Origin: Wallemia ichthyophaga EXF-994
Lineage: Eukaryota > Fungi > Basidiomycota
Direction: 5' to 3'
DNA: 32,000 nt
Assembly: GCF_000400465.1 (NCBI RefSeq)
Contig: NW_008806276.1
Location: 480,001-512,000 of the forward strand
Shown here piece by piece: positions 1-10,194 of this stretch (within the stretch, counting starts at the first letter, position 1; each line of letters starts with the position of its first letter). Position numbers and translations under genes: made by a program. The notes beneath the pieces are model-generated. The model searched no databases and had not been told where the DNA came from. It saw nothing but the letters and a program-made list of their open reading frames with translations.

Positions 1-259
1 CGCCGACTTGAGCTTTAGCTTTTGGGCCTTTAGCTTTGCCTTTGTTGAGCTCCTTTGCAACTTCCTTTCCTTTGTTTTTATTGGCAGATTGCATAACATC
101 GAGAATAAACTGATCGTCATCATCGTCGTCCACCGTCTTCTTGGATGAAGATGGGAGCAAAGCGCTGGAGATATCGATATCTCTGTCATCGTTAAGTCCT
201 TGCCCGGAATTATCAACGTCCTCGTCGTCGCTATTCATAAAATCTAAATTTCCCTTCAT
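1..259 (-). CDS. DBP10: 5' end of a gene running off the window; probable ATP-dependent RNA helicase Dbp10 N-terminus
   Basis: Open frame from ATG at 259 to the edge: MKGNLDFMNSDDEDVDNSGQGLNDDRDIDISSALL...DDDDDQFILDVMQSANKNKGKEVAKELNKGKAKGPKAKAQVG. The acidic DISSAL/DDDQFI then Lys-rich order resembles the Dbp10 leader before the GGxFQSMGL Q-motif. The helicase core is outside the window. Confidence 0.5.
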   Translation of the reverse strand, partial: MKGNLDFMNSDDEDVDNSGQGLNDDRDIDISSALLPSSSKKTVDDDDDDQFILDVMQSANKNKGKEVAKELNKGKAKGPKAKAQVG

Positions 260-297
260 GACTGTCTGCGTTAAAGATTGGTTAAGCTTGAGCTGCC

Positions 298-1531
298 ATG
301 TTTACAAAATATTTTGGCAGGGGATACAGCGTTGCGAGGAATACTCTACAATTTGCATATACTCAAATAACTCAATCACCAGATGATCAGCCTGCAGAAA
401 TAAATCGTGAGACTGAGCACCAAGATAACGACTTTGAACGCGGCTCTGTGGATTCCAATTCGCAGGCAGACAGCGTGACCCACACTATCAGAGCTGGTAA
501 TCGAAAGAACTTGCGCGCGAACCCACAGATAGAGTCGGGTCCAAGTGCGATGCCTGGCGAGACGAATGACGTAGAATACACTTATAGACCCCAATTTGCG
601 ATAAACGAGTCCGAAGAGCTTGTCAATGGTGGGTAATATCGTATTGCACTGTTATTTGCTCATAAAATCTCAAGTCAAGTACACCACCCTTATCTGGCTA
701 CATATCGTAACTCCAATATCCCTGCTCGTGCATTTCTCAATATTGGCTGGTATCATATTACATGCCTTTCCGACACATTTCAACCCCTTCATACCCATCT
801 TCATTGGTGTCAGCGCTTGGATTGTTGCACAATCGCTGAAGCAGCCAATCTACCAATTTGTGGCGGCAGTTTCAAATTCAAGAAAGCTGCAAAACTCAAT
901 TAATACTGTCATTCACACTTTTGCGTTGGATTTGGTTCGCTGGCAATCCCTTCTTATCGCCGTTCCTGATATAAGGGAAAATAGGGGTAATCATTCCAGC
1001 AGCTCATTCACAAGCCTCTCATGGTTTACGTTCGGATGGATCGCAGTCTCGCTCACGTTTTCAACATTTCAAGAATTTAAGAATCTCGCCTTGTATAAGG
1101 ATTTGCTGCCTATTCAGAAGCCGTTGCTGCCAATGGTAGACAACGAGAGTGAATACAGCACCGAGACGGCTTCATCCGCTACTCAAGAGCCTGATGACCT
1201 TGAGCACCAATTAATCACACTTCATAGCATGCGTGACAGGTGCACTTTAAGCGCTACATACGGACAACCATTTCCAAACATTCCCCTTCCAGGTTTTCTT
1301 TTCCCATTGTGGAGACTGGACACCCTGTTACTCGGTAGTGGCGTAACGCTCATTCTCGGTGCGCGCCCCAATTGGATAACCTACTTAACCGTTGCTTTGA
1401 TCAATACAGTTCATTCTTTCATCTGGCAGTTACTCCTACCTAAATTTGGACTGGGTGGACTGACGTGGATTAGTTTCATGTTTGCGACTATTATCTTCTT
1501 CATAGGTTTGGATCAATTTGGAATTGTTTAG
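298..1531 (+). CDS. Hypothetical multi-pass membrane protein, 395 aa
   Basis: join(298..628,675..1531). The 46-nt intron GTGGGT...CTCAT...CAAG joins ORF 298..636 to ORF 620..1531 in frame. Hydrophilic N-terminus followed by about 6-7 hydrophobic segments. Confidence 0.7.
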
Positions 1532-1608
1532 CTATTTGGTTGAGCTACCTTGTTTTGATTTACTTTCACTGTTGTAATTTTTACATGTATGATCGTACAA
1601 ATGCGCGT

Positions 1609-2406
1609 TTATATGCTTCCATGCGTGCGTAACTCTATATACCAATTATCTTTTTCGTATCCTTCTTGTACCACCTGTATCTTCACCTTGGATTGTACAC
1701 TAGCCTCCTCTGTGATGCATCTGAGCTCGCCCCTTTCAAACAAATGGTAGTAGCGGTTGTACACTCTTCCATCAGCCTTGTTCACCCAAGGTACCCAAAC
1801 ATCCAGCCCTTTGGAATTTGACGATGTCGTCGAATTTTCAGGAACAGCTCGCCTGCTATCTTCGCCTTGCTCTAAGGCCCAGACGTATACGAGAATTCTG
1901 CCTCCATTGAGGCATACCGAGTTTAATAAAGACTGTACTGACTCCACCCGACGTTTTTCAGTGGCTAAATGATGAATTGTCGCAATACTAATGGCGTAGT
2001 CCTGGCGATAAGTTAGGTGGGAATGTTGAAGCTGTAAAATACCGACAAAGATATGTCTGCGAGTGACAGAATGTAGAGTATCAGCCAAAACGACTTGTTT
2101 ATCAGCGTCACCAGCTCTTTGAGCATGTTTGAGGAGATTCACGCTTCTATCCAACCCAAAGAGGTGCTCAGCCAGTGGGAGGTACTTGCCATTGCCGCAC
2201 CCAGCATCCAATCCCATCGCGTGCTTCTCTATCGACTGCAGGAATCGGCTGATGATAGGCCACGGTTTATACCTTGTAGACGAGAAGTGATTCGCTATCT
2301 CGTCATATATTTTGTGTACGTTATCGTCCTCGAACGTCGTTGGTGATTTGTGTAGCAGCGCGATATCTTCCTCGCTCGGCAAAGGCAGCTCGTGCTTCTT
2401 CACCAT
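1609..2406 (-). CDS. TRM9: tRNA (carboxymethyluridine(34)-5-O)-methyltransferase Trm9, 250 aa
   Basis: complement(join(1609..2001,2047..2406)). Motifs HFSSTRYKPWP, LDAGCGNGKY (SAM motif I), DYAISIATIHH, YVWALEQ, DVWVPW, RYYHLF. A 45-nt in-frame intron removes non-homologous VGILQLQHSHLTYRQ. Confidence 0.92.
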   Translation of the reverse strand: MVKKHELPLPSEEDIALLHKSPTTFEDDNVHKIYDEIANHFSSTRYKPWPIISRFLQSIEKHAMGLDAGCGNGKYLPLAEHLFGLDRSVNLLKHAQRAGDADKQVVLADTLHSVTRRHIFVGILQLQHSHLTYRQDYAISIATIHHLATEKRRVESVQSLLNSVCLNGGRILVYVWALEQGEDSRRAVPENSTTSSNSKGLDVWVPWVNKADGRVYNRYYHLFERGELRCITEEASVQSKVKIQVVQEGYEKDNWYIELRTHGSI

Positions 2407-2446
2407 CGCCGTCTTGTGCTAAGAGTTGATCACTAAGGAGGAAGAT

Positions 2447-3689
2447 ATGCCGTTGTCCAAGCAGCGATTCGCCCGTCCGCCAACGCCACCGGATACTGAC
2501 ACCACTCTGCGCCGCTCTGAGCGCTTCTACAAACGCAAGGATATCCCTTTAGATTTGAGCGATGCGTTTGACTGGTTGAGAGACGACAGCAGTGCTGTGA
2601 AGATTGGAGACAAGTGTTACACATTCGAAAACCACCCAGGTGTGCCCTATCGCTCTACTTGTCCATCTGCCCTGTTCTGACCATCCCAGGTTTGGTTTAT
2701 CTGCCCAATTATCTCAATGAACACGACCAGAAACGGATGATAAAGCTTAGCTTGAGGGACATCCCAGCACCACCTAACAGAAACAGTCTCGATGCTCACT
2801 ACAAGATTCCTACCGAAGGCTTGTGGCATCATTACGCTGCCAATACGAAAACTGATGTCGCGGTACCACGAGCAGCGACAGAACCACCTCGCGAGATGCC
2901 CTCTTACTATGCTCCGAGCGGTGAGCGGCCTCTGATCAACAATCAACCTAGCACATTCGAGGCATTGAAGCAAATAGCGCGCGAACATAATCCGGAAATT
3001 CCCCCAAGCCCTACTGTTAAACCACTTAATGGCGAAAGGGCCATGTATAAACTCCGCTGGACTAATATTGGCCACTACTACCACTGGGGATTGAAGCAGT
3101 ATGATTTCAGCGTCAGAGATCCACAAACTGCCGGCCCTATCGCTATACCGCAGCCTGTGGCTCAAGTGTGCAAGGGCGCTGTAGAAGCTATTCCCTGGCA
3201 GCGTACATGTGTTGCAGAAGCAGCCGAGGAGTGGAAAAAGGGATATAAACCAGATGCTGGCATCATCAACTACTATAACCTCAATGTGAGTTTGTGTTGC
3301 TATTTAATGCTTTTCTTACACTGCACAAGGACACACTCATGGCACACGTCGATAGGAGCGAGGTTACCTCCAGTCTTCCTTTGGTGTCGATAAGCTTGGG
3401 TCACTCTGCTGTTTTCCTTATCGGCGATGACGAGCGGGAGTCGATATCGCCTCCAACCCCAATTGTTTTGCGCAGCGGTGATGTCGTCGTCATGTCAGGT
3501 CCTACGCGAAGAAGCTATCATGGCGTGCCGCGTATATTAGAACGCAGTCTTCCTCCACACTTACAAAACGAACAAGAAGACGATGAATGGGAGCCTTTCG
3601 CGCGCTATCTCTCAACAGCACGTATTAATGTCAACGTTCGTCAGACTGGATTATCGGATCAGCAGATAGCAGAACTTGTATCAGTATAA
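2447..3689 (+). CDS. AlkB-family Fe(II)/2-oxoglutarate dioxygenase, ALKBH1/Abh1 type, 382 aa
   Basis: join(2447..2639,2690..3285,3330..3689). KLRWTNIGHYYHW, NYYNLNDTLMAHVDRSE (HxD), HGVPRI (distal His) and RINVNVRQ (2OG-binding Arg) match ALKBH1-type enzymes. Introns of 50 and 44 nt restore the frame. Confidence 0.88.
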
Positions 3690-3720
3690 ATGCATCGAGA
3701 AACATTAAAGTATCATAAAT

Positions 3721-6688
3721 TCATCTATAGTAAGGGTAGTTTTGATTGGGCGGTGGTGCTTGTTGGTAGTATTGCTGGTAGTTGGTTGGAGGTGGTGCGT
3801 GTGAGGGTTGTGAGGGTTGCGAGGAGTAAGGTGTTTGATTTTGAAATTGCTGTGGCAGTGGTGGGGGAAAGTTGTTTGGTGGCTGTTGATTATATGGTGA
3901 GCGCGGATGCTGTCCGTAAGGAGATCGTGGTGGAGGACTAGCATAACCTGCACCATAGTACGGCGAGGCAGGTTTGGGAGGAGGTTGAGGCATATGCCCT
4001 GACTGTCTTTGCTGGCCGTACAAGCTTTGATAAATACTTGGCTGAGGTTGAGGCGGTGGAGCTGGCATACCGCCATAACCATACGAGGCACTTGAAGGTG
4101 TTGAAGATGCAGGAGGACCAGATGAAATTGTGGGGGGAGACGTTGTGCCCGGCTTTGGAGGACGATGTGGTGTACTTACGCCAAGCCTGCTGAACTCGTT
4201 TTCGAACGAACTTCCACCTGCATCTGCAGCCTCCGCTTCGATAACTGCCTGTACGCGCTCCTTGGCTCTACTATTGACGTATACATCGACATCTCTCTTG
4301 AGTTCGCGTACGGCATTCTCGAGATCTTCGTAAAACATCATAGCTCTGCTGACACCGTTGGCAGCCTCGAAATACGTATCACCAGCTTTCTTGAACTTTT
4401 TCAGTACCTCTTTGCGACGTCTGTCAGATTCTGCATGTTTCGTGTGTATCTCCTTGGCCCGCGCTGAGCTGGTCAGCTGAATCCAAGCGCCATTCAACTC
4501 TTCCAATATTTTCAGCTGGTCAGCGATGGAGCCCTCTATAATCTTCTGGTCCTCTTTAAATTTGTCGAGCTCTGAGCCGAACATATCGGTTTCAACGTGT
4601 TGAGCTTTACGGTTGAGTATGAGAAGATGGGAGACATCATCATTCTGAATCTATAAGGGGGGATTGTCAGAAAGTCACTTCAGACAGAAATTTTCACCAA
4701 CTTTCTGACGCAATACTTGGATGTGTTGACTTCTAAACTTCTTCAAACCCTTCAAAGCATCCAATAACCTCGTAATTTCACGCGCATATGCTGTCATCTG
4801 GCGAGATTCCTGTTCCGAGTGCTCCTCAATACCTACATCGACATCGAGCAAAGATTGTTGGCGAGTGTGAGAGGGTGTCTGGCTTGAGACGTAATCTTTC
4901 ACATAAAGCGCTAGCTCGTTATCGCTGTCATCCAAATCAGACGCTGAGTCGTTTAACAGTCTTACGTCAGCATCTATGTATTGGTATACCTGTTTGATTG
5001 ATGCATCGGATTTACCCGCTTTCTCCAAGCCGTCGTAATGTGCCTTGAGTTGTTGGCGCCATTCTTTAGTTTGTCTCGCTGAAGGTGATTGTGAGAAGTT
5101 TGCGTGCTGCATCTTGATTTATATTTTAGTTGCGTACTTTAGCCAAGTCAGAAACTCACCCTAGCCTGCTCGCACTCTTTCGATTCAATGTCTAGTTCAT
5201 TTGATATCCAGTTCAGGTCAGCGAGAATACGTTCTCGCTTAGTCTCAGTGGTGCTTATCTGTCTAGAAACTTCACCCGAAGATTCCTGCGAATAAATTGT
5301 TTTAGCCAATTGCTTGATTTCCCCACTGACGTCGTAGTTGATCTCATTTGATGACTGCACAAACTTCCTCAAACTTCCTGGCAAACCAAGATGCTCGATC
5401 GCGGCTTCTAATTCAGTATCTGTTACCTCAACAGTCTCAGTAACCGCTCTGATTATCTTGGCCTTCTCTTCACTGTATATTGACGCTGCCTCGTGTACTG
5501 AGAATGGAACAAGATTGGCAAACAAATCAGAGCCAATACTCTTCTGTACCTCCGGATTTTGATATATTTCAGTGATCGTTACTGCGTTTGCTGCGTTAAG
5601 CTTATCTACCGTGGAGAGAAGGTTCTCAGCAGGGATTGCTTCATGAAAAATCAAGTCATTCTCCTTTATAAGTTCATTCTTGTACTCCGTGCATTTGGTC
5701 TGATGTGCTTTGCATAACGATGTGATCACGCTTGAAACATCGGCGGGGAGGGTATCACATGGGGCGAAGAAGGTGTTAAAAGTCGAACCAAGTCTATAAG
5801 ATTCCTTGGCGAGGCTTTCTGCGAGCTTTACTCTGGCTATAGCTTCGCCATGTTTATCCGATGCGTTGTCCACCATTGCGCGGTAATATTGAGTCTGTGA
5901 AGCAAAGTAATTGCTTTTTATCTGCAAAAAACTCCACCAATGTCGATCAAAGATGCTTTTATTGACATTCTCGCGTACTGGTTCTAGTAACGAGTTGTAT
6001 TGGAAAGAGCATTGAGAAGCAAGCTTCGCTACAATACCCATAGACTTTCCATCACCTCTGCCACCGCGCGTCTTTTCTTCGACAGTTTTCTCCAGAAAGA
6101 TTTCCTGTGCCTGCGCGAGCATGAGTGCACTCAAGAATCTGACAACGTCTCTGCTGAGATCTGTAGACGGGGCATGGAGGAAGTTGTTGGCTATATAGTC
6201 CCACAGCCCAGCTGCGACTCTTGTGTTGTAGAAAGCTGTCTTGATACCTTCGGGATCTGATCTGTTAGAAGACGAAGCTAGTACCGAGTACGTTGTAGCG
6301 AGATTGAAAAGCACAGAAGCCTTCTCGTAAGCAAGAGAATGCTGCGATACATCCTGGGCAGTGAATATATCACGCCAATTAAACGTTACTCGAAGCTCTG
6401 GGAATCGCAATTCAAGCATCTCAAGCTGACCGTAGTAGCTCTGGAGAAGATCTTTGCCTTGAGTCAGGTTAGCAAGGAGCAATAACGCCACTGGCGATTC
6501 CCACCTGTAGCATCAGTCGTCGAGCCTCTTGTCGCATCTTGCCTGAACCGATTCAGTGCGGCAACAGGATCTGTGTAGTTGGAGGGATCTTCGCCGTATA
6601 CATTTGCAATAGTTGTCTTAATCCCATAATTGAAATCTACGTCTTCTGTAGACTTGGTTTGCAGAAAAATCAACGGCGACTTGTCCAT
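3721..6688 (-). CDS. BRO1: BRO1-domain ESCRT accessory protein (Bro1/ALIX family), 940 aa
   Basis: complement(join(3721..4650,4702..5112,5160..6457,6505..6688)). N-terminal SPLI...TEDVD...YGEDP...RQDA, YYGQLEMLELRF, YEKASVLFN, KENDLIFHE, V-domain IQNDDVSHLLILNRK, Pro/Gln/Tyr-rich tail. Introns of 47, 47 and 51 nt. Confidence 0.9.
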
Positions 6689-6820
6689 AACGTGATGGTT
6701 GGTTGGTTCAAACGAGCTTGCGTCATAATTGGAAAATAAATATATTCATTTACAAGTATTATGTGATATCAGCGTGTCATCCAGACATAGTTTATATACT
6801 GCCTTTTCTAATGCGCTTCT

Positions 6821-8268
6821 TTATATGTGATTTCTTTTCGGGTCATGCTGCGGTGGGTATATCATACAGAACAGTAACGCGGCTGTTGCGGCTGCTGTGA
6901 GTGGGAGTATAAGAAAGTATCCAAGCGCGCTAGATAGGTTTTAGTTACGAACACAGACGAGCACCTCACTCACTCTGCAAATATTCCAAACGCAGGCGCG
7001 GCAGGGAGCTTATCGCGTACTTCTGGTATGGCGAAGAGAGCAGCTGAGGTGACAACGTATGTCTGGAATGTATTAGCGTTGAGTGTGGGGGCATCCGGAT
7101 ACACTTACCTCTCCCATTACTGGTCTGCGATAGATGACAGCAACTACAGCCGCCCAAACGATAGCTATAGTGAGAGCCCATAGCATAACGATGCTGTTAA
7201 ATGTGAGTACTAACGAAAAAATGGCAAAATATCTTCTCACATGGAGATAGCGAAAGCTCTGACTGCATTTGATCGCCTTATTGTTATCTTTATGGTCCTG
7301 CGCACATCATTTTCCAGCGTTGCGTAATCGACACTGCTAATGACATAATTTGGAAACGTGCCTGAAGTTCTGACAAAACTAATAGCGCTGAATTGGCCAA
7401 GGTCGGGCTCTGATACGTTTGACCCTGCATCCCAAGCGAGAAAGGTTATGTACGCGCTATACTCGTCGAATGGATAACTCGTTGGGTCAGATTTGAGTGA
7501 TGATCTGCTTTCTGTCCAATCGAATGGTATTTCAACTTGGAATGAGGGCGTGAATGTCAACTCGAGCGTGCTCATATCTTCAGGCTTGCGCGACCATATT
7601 ACTGAATCTGGTTCGTAAAATCCTACCGCGCCGTCTCTCAAGAAAACTGCCTCGTGGTCTATCTCGCTTTTTGATTCGAATTTAGACAGAGTCGCATTCT
7701 CGTTTATGTATGTAGTTATGTTCCTATTCAGTACCCCACAATCTGCTGCTGTTTGTGCGTCATTCGTGTAGCCTGGTCCGCAGCCTGAAAATGAGAAGCG
7801 CATTTCTGGGTGTAAGGGAGATTAGCTAGCATCATCATAAGTTTTGCCACACATACCAAGTTTTTTTTCGTCTATATCTACATCCGTTACGGAGCCATAG
7901 AGTGCCATCTATAGGACATGAGACAGAAACTAAAACAAGCGGCACACACTCACGCCAGATGTCATTTGACCGAGGTCAGAGCCCATTCCATCTCCCTTCT
8001 CTAATTGCACCGATGCTCTGTAGCCTAGATAGCTGCCTAGCGCGCTGAAGAAGACAAGAAGGATTACTGCAAAGATGAGTGCGAGAGGGGTATACCGCCA
8101 TTCGTGGAAAGTGTTGTACCATGCACTAAGTCTGTGAGCTGCTCGTTTAGAGCGCTTCTCAGCGCCGGGTTTAGGCACGGGCTGCTTCGACTCATTAAAG
8201 TCGCTGCTGTAGCTTCTGGTCGGCTGCGGGTAGTCTTTGAAACTGGAATCGGTGTTTGAGGTTGTCAT
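6821..8268 (-). CDS. DUF4436-like membrane protein, 404 aa, with pentameric ligand-gated channel-like motif order
   Basis: complement(join(6821..6929,6974..7062,7109..7193,7241..7805,7857..7908,7954..8268)). Five introns of 44-51 nt with GT donors, branch-like motifs and YAG acceptors give one open frame. One N-terminal TM, a beta-rich ectodomain with YPFDEY, then ITIRRS, three TMs and LFAIPEVRDKLPAAPAFGIFADALGYF, which recalls the DUF4436 LFAxPxxRNxxPGxPPxG...D pattern. Confidence 0.75.
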
Positions 8269-8488
8269 AGTGTGCGCAGTCGTCGCTGTAAGTTGGAGTC
8301 CGTGAACATTCCAGTGAGGATGATCCCTGTCTGTCACTTTGAAGCTCTATTCTGGGAACAGTGCATTCCTTTATGGTAAAGGGCAAATTAACTTAAACAT
8401 TATAGATACCCGTGTCTGTGAGCGTGATGAATATAGTGTGTGTGAGAGCGCGCCGCTGTCTTGCTTTCTTCCATGCTAGATTGCCACA

Positions 8489-8497
8489 TTACGTCAT
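8489..8497 (-). promoter_or_regulatory. CRE/ATF-type motif (ATGACGTAA) about 220 bp upstream of the DUF4436-like gene
   Basis: The plus strand reads ttacgtcat, matching the bZIP (Atf1/Sko1) consensus T(G/T)ACGT(C/A)A. A single short motif can occur by chance. Confidence 0.3.
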
Positions 8498-8585
8498 TGA
8501 AGGCGGCAACTTGGAATCGAGAATGCCGATTTACACTGGTACAAGGGAAATAAATGACTGATACTGATAAACTACATGCTAATCA

Positions 8586-10169
8586 TCACTCATCATCCTC
8601 GTCTGAGATGATAACCTTCTTGCGTCTGGGCGGAGCAGGGGCAAAGGCACTAAAGCTACTTTCAGCTTGGTTAGGCAGCCAATGGTCATATTCGTGGCGT
8701 TTTTCGTGGTTTTCTTCATGAGACTCTGCGTCATCTCTAATATTCCCATCATCTTCATCTGTGCTTAGTGCCTCTTCTTCTGAAGCGTCAACATTCGACC
8801 AGCTATCCGCGATTTCGACATCGTTACGGCTGTTGTTGATAAAGTCGTCCTCCTCATCATCTTCGTTGTATCGCTCCCAGCCCGGCCGTTCTGACACGCC
8901 AAAAAAGGCACTCGCTGGCGAGAGTCTTTGTGAAGTTGATGATACTGATGATACTGGGGTATTTGAGTGTGATTGAGATGATGGTGAGTTTGAATTTGAG
9001 TGTGAGTGGTCAGAGCGTTCTTCTGGGTGCTCTTGGCTGTTGCGTCTGTCAAATGAAGAGTCCCACGTTCTCCTCACTCGGTCGGTAGCTGTGAGTAGAT
9101 TCCTGACGCGTTCCCGCTCACTGCCACTATCGTCACCCTCGTCGCTCTCTCCATGCTCATCATGCTCCTCGCCATTCTCCTGGACCCAATTACCACGTTC
9201 ATCTCTCCTATTAGACCTACTTTCAAGCCCTAACGCAGATTCCATGGCATTTGTAACTCGAGTGGCCATTTCGTCCTCGCTCGAGTTCTCCTCTTCGCCG
9301 TCTTCTTCGCTCCATTCATCGGACTCTGCATCAGTATAAAGTTCTCCGCTTTGCCCAAATTAGCTGTGTATTAGAACCACAATAAACCCACCATTGCGTA
9401 CAAACGCCACCGACGAGCTCTCCTGTGCACCTGCCACAGCGCATAACACCATCTTCTCTATCCATCACTGGCTGGTACTCGCCGCCTGGTCTGAACACCT
9501 TGGCCCAGACATCGCCGTTGCGTGTGGGTGGCACATCGAGAGATTCACTGTGCGCGGCAGCGGTGATTTGCGCGAGCTCCTTGACGATAAAGAGCTCATT
9601 CGGTCTCGAGCGAATAGGGGCGCGACAGCTGGGACAGACTTTGGCAGTACGCGGGTTGCCGTTAGTATCGCGGGTAAACCACGAGTGTAAGCAGGAAAAG
9701 CAAGCGACATGACCGCATGTGAGGCTATTGCGCGGTGATTAGTGGGAATGCTGGTGTAGTGAAAGAAGAGCGTACCCGTATGGCTCAATCATGTATTCCA
9801 TGCATATTGAACATTGAAGAACGTTCCTGGGACGCGTTAGAGCCGCGCTCGCCGCTGCAGATCCACCCACTTGATCTTGTCTAGTGCTTCTCGGTGTGAG
9901 AATAAAGTGACGTAGCTGGATTAGTACTGCTCACACTGCGACTGGGCATTTATCGTAGCCTCCTTGAATTCCAACTCCTTCTTGAGACGCTCAGCCTCCT
10001 CGCTGCTCCGCTGCGTGCGCTCATCAACCGCCTTATCAAGCTCAAGTGCGAATGCTCTGCCCCCGGAAATCGGTGGCTGAGAGAGCGATTCTGTGCTGCT
10101 CTTGTCATTCTCTTTGTCTTTATTTCCTGCTGACATTCTCCGCCTTTTCTTATTCTCAGGTGAGGCCAT
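8586..10169 (-). CDS. C3HC4 RING E3 ubiquitin ligase with second C4 zinc finger and acidic tail, Psh1-like, 465 aa
   Basis: complement(join(8586..9348,9392..9724,9776..9826,9871..9886,9935..10169)). Spliced RING: CSICMEYMIEPYGLTCGHVACFSCLHSW...CPSCR. Then DREDGVMRCGRC...GVCTQC and an acidic low-complexity C-terminus, the layout of fungal Psh1. The exon 1/2 junction is the least certain. Confidence 0.75.
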
Positions 10170-10194
10170 ATGAGTGTTGTAAACAACCATCAAG

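Noticed and set aside
7730-7785. C-x13-C (CGPGYTNDAQTAADC) in the DUF4436-like ectodomain, same spacing as the Cys-loop
   Set aside because: It does not enclose the YPFD motif, which lies about 90 residues later, so it is not the canonical Cys-loop. It is probably an independent disulfide.
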